Shown here piece after piece: positions 63,240 to 64,000 of a stretch of DNA of 64,000 nt. Position numbers and translations under genes: made by a program. Source of the DNA: Histomonas meleagridis 2922-C6/04-290x. Taxonomy: Eukaryota; Protista; Parabasalia. The stretch lies in NCBI GenBank assembly GCA_020184695.1, contig JAANOX010000192.1, forward strand, positions 1 to 64,000, written 5' to 3'. Under the pieces are notes generated by a model, which saw only the letters and a program-made list of their open reading frames with translations, did not search any database and was not told the origin of the DNA. Numbering within the stretch: position 1 is the stretch's first letter; each line of letters opens with the position of its first letter.

Positions 63240-64000
63240 TCACTCATTGCAGAACGCGTATTGCGCCGACTCCTCAATGAACTTAAACATCACTTCGTCT
63301 CCTTTCAGTGTCACTTTGACTTGATTTCCATCAAATTCAGCATCGACAATGTAAACTCTTCCTCCATAAAATGCGAAAGCCAAACACATTTCTCCATCTC
63401 TTTTAGCCACTACACAAATTTTCCTTTTCTTTAATTCCTTTTCTGCTGCGAAACCCGAATTATTCATTTTAAATGTATAAACATATTCACAATCTTTCCA
63501 AATCTTCAAATAATCTTTTCTTTTCATTTCGATATCCACAGTAATTTGATGGAAGTCGATAAAATCGGAGAAATAGACAATTCCCAATGAAGTTCTTAAA
63601 GCGAAATCCAAATAAACAGCACTTGTATTTGGGTCAATTTCACCAGCAAAATTAAAGGGCACCCTAACCTCCAGTTGACCGTTAGGCTCTAAAAATTCTG
63701 GAAAATTTAACGCTGAAGACACATCAAACTTTGATGCATTATTCTTCACTGCCAATGCGAAGTTACACAACTTCACTTCGGATGTGCTAATGATTTGCAA
63801 GTAATAACATTCCGGATCCCAATAACCATTTAGTTGTAAGAATGTAATGTTATTTCTAATTGGTAAAGGTTTCCAATTTTTGGTTTCAATTGATATCCCA
63901 TCGATTTTATGTTTGGTTTGATGATTATTAAATGAAGAAGGGATTATATGTAAAACACCAGAAGTAGTGCCCATGTTTTGTAATAATTCGATCAATATAT
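63240..64000 (-). CDS. AP-complex beta-adaptin, C-terminal appendage; gene starts beyond the window end
   Basis: FALAVKNN, LDFALRTSLGIVYF and MKRKDYLKIWKD resemble the beta-appendage subdomains. The frame is open to the window edge. Confidence 0.7.
   Translation of the reverse strand, partial: ILIELLQNMGTTSGVLHIIPSSFNNHQTKHKIDGISIETKNWKPLPIRNNITFLQLNGYWDPECYYLQIISTSEVKLCNFALAVKNNASKFDVSSALNFPEFLEPNGQLEVRVPFNFAGEIDPNTSAVYLDFALRTSLGIVYFSDFIDFHQITVDIEMKRKDYLKIWKDCEYVYTFKMNNSGFAAEKELKKRKICVVAKRDGEMCLAFAFYGGRVYIVDAEFDGNQVKVTLKGDEVMFKFIEESAQYAFCNE

Overview
AT-rich eukaryotic nuclear DNA, most likely from a parabasalid protist (Trichomonas/Tritrichomonas/Histomonas-like). This is inferred from compact genes without canonical introns, M3/M5/Inr-type core promoter motifs, BspA-like LRR genes, DUF3447-type ankyrin genes and a trichomonad-like ubiquitin. 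The window holds about 25 ordinary genes (TBC Rab-GAP, USP, Ras-like, Raptor-like, Hsp70, Ub-eL40, eL29, NAC-alpha, kinase, Grp170, a poly-UBL protein, C2 protein, serpin, beta-adaptin) plus several pseudogene fragments. The standout signal is in the ankyrin genes. Every 34-aa ankyrin repeat is interrupted at the same point by a 68-nt AT-rich insert, giving a 170-bp period (12 of 12 in the 41.5-43.6 kb array). The insert carries stops and breaks the frame, has no usable GT-AG pair at that length, and the flanking ankyrin codons remain open. This suggests a family of non-canonical introns or another excision/bypass system. A candidate U1 snRNA (27.55-27.67 kb, minus strand) has a C-to-U change at the base that pairs with intron +1, which could accommodate the A/G-starting ends of these inserts (inference). 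No RNA data are available, so the mechanism is untested. Several frameshifts look like long-read homopolymer errors.
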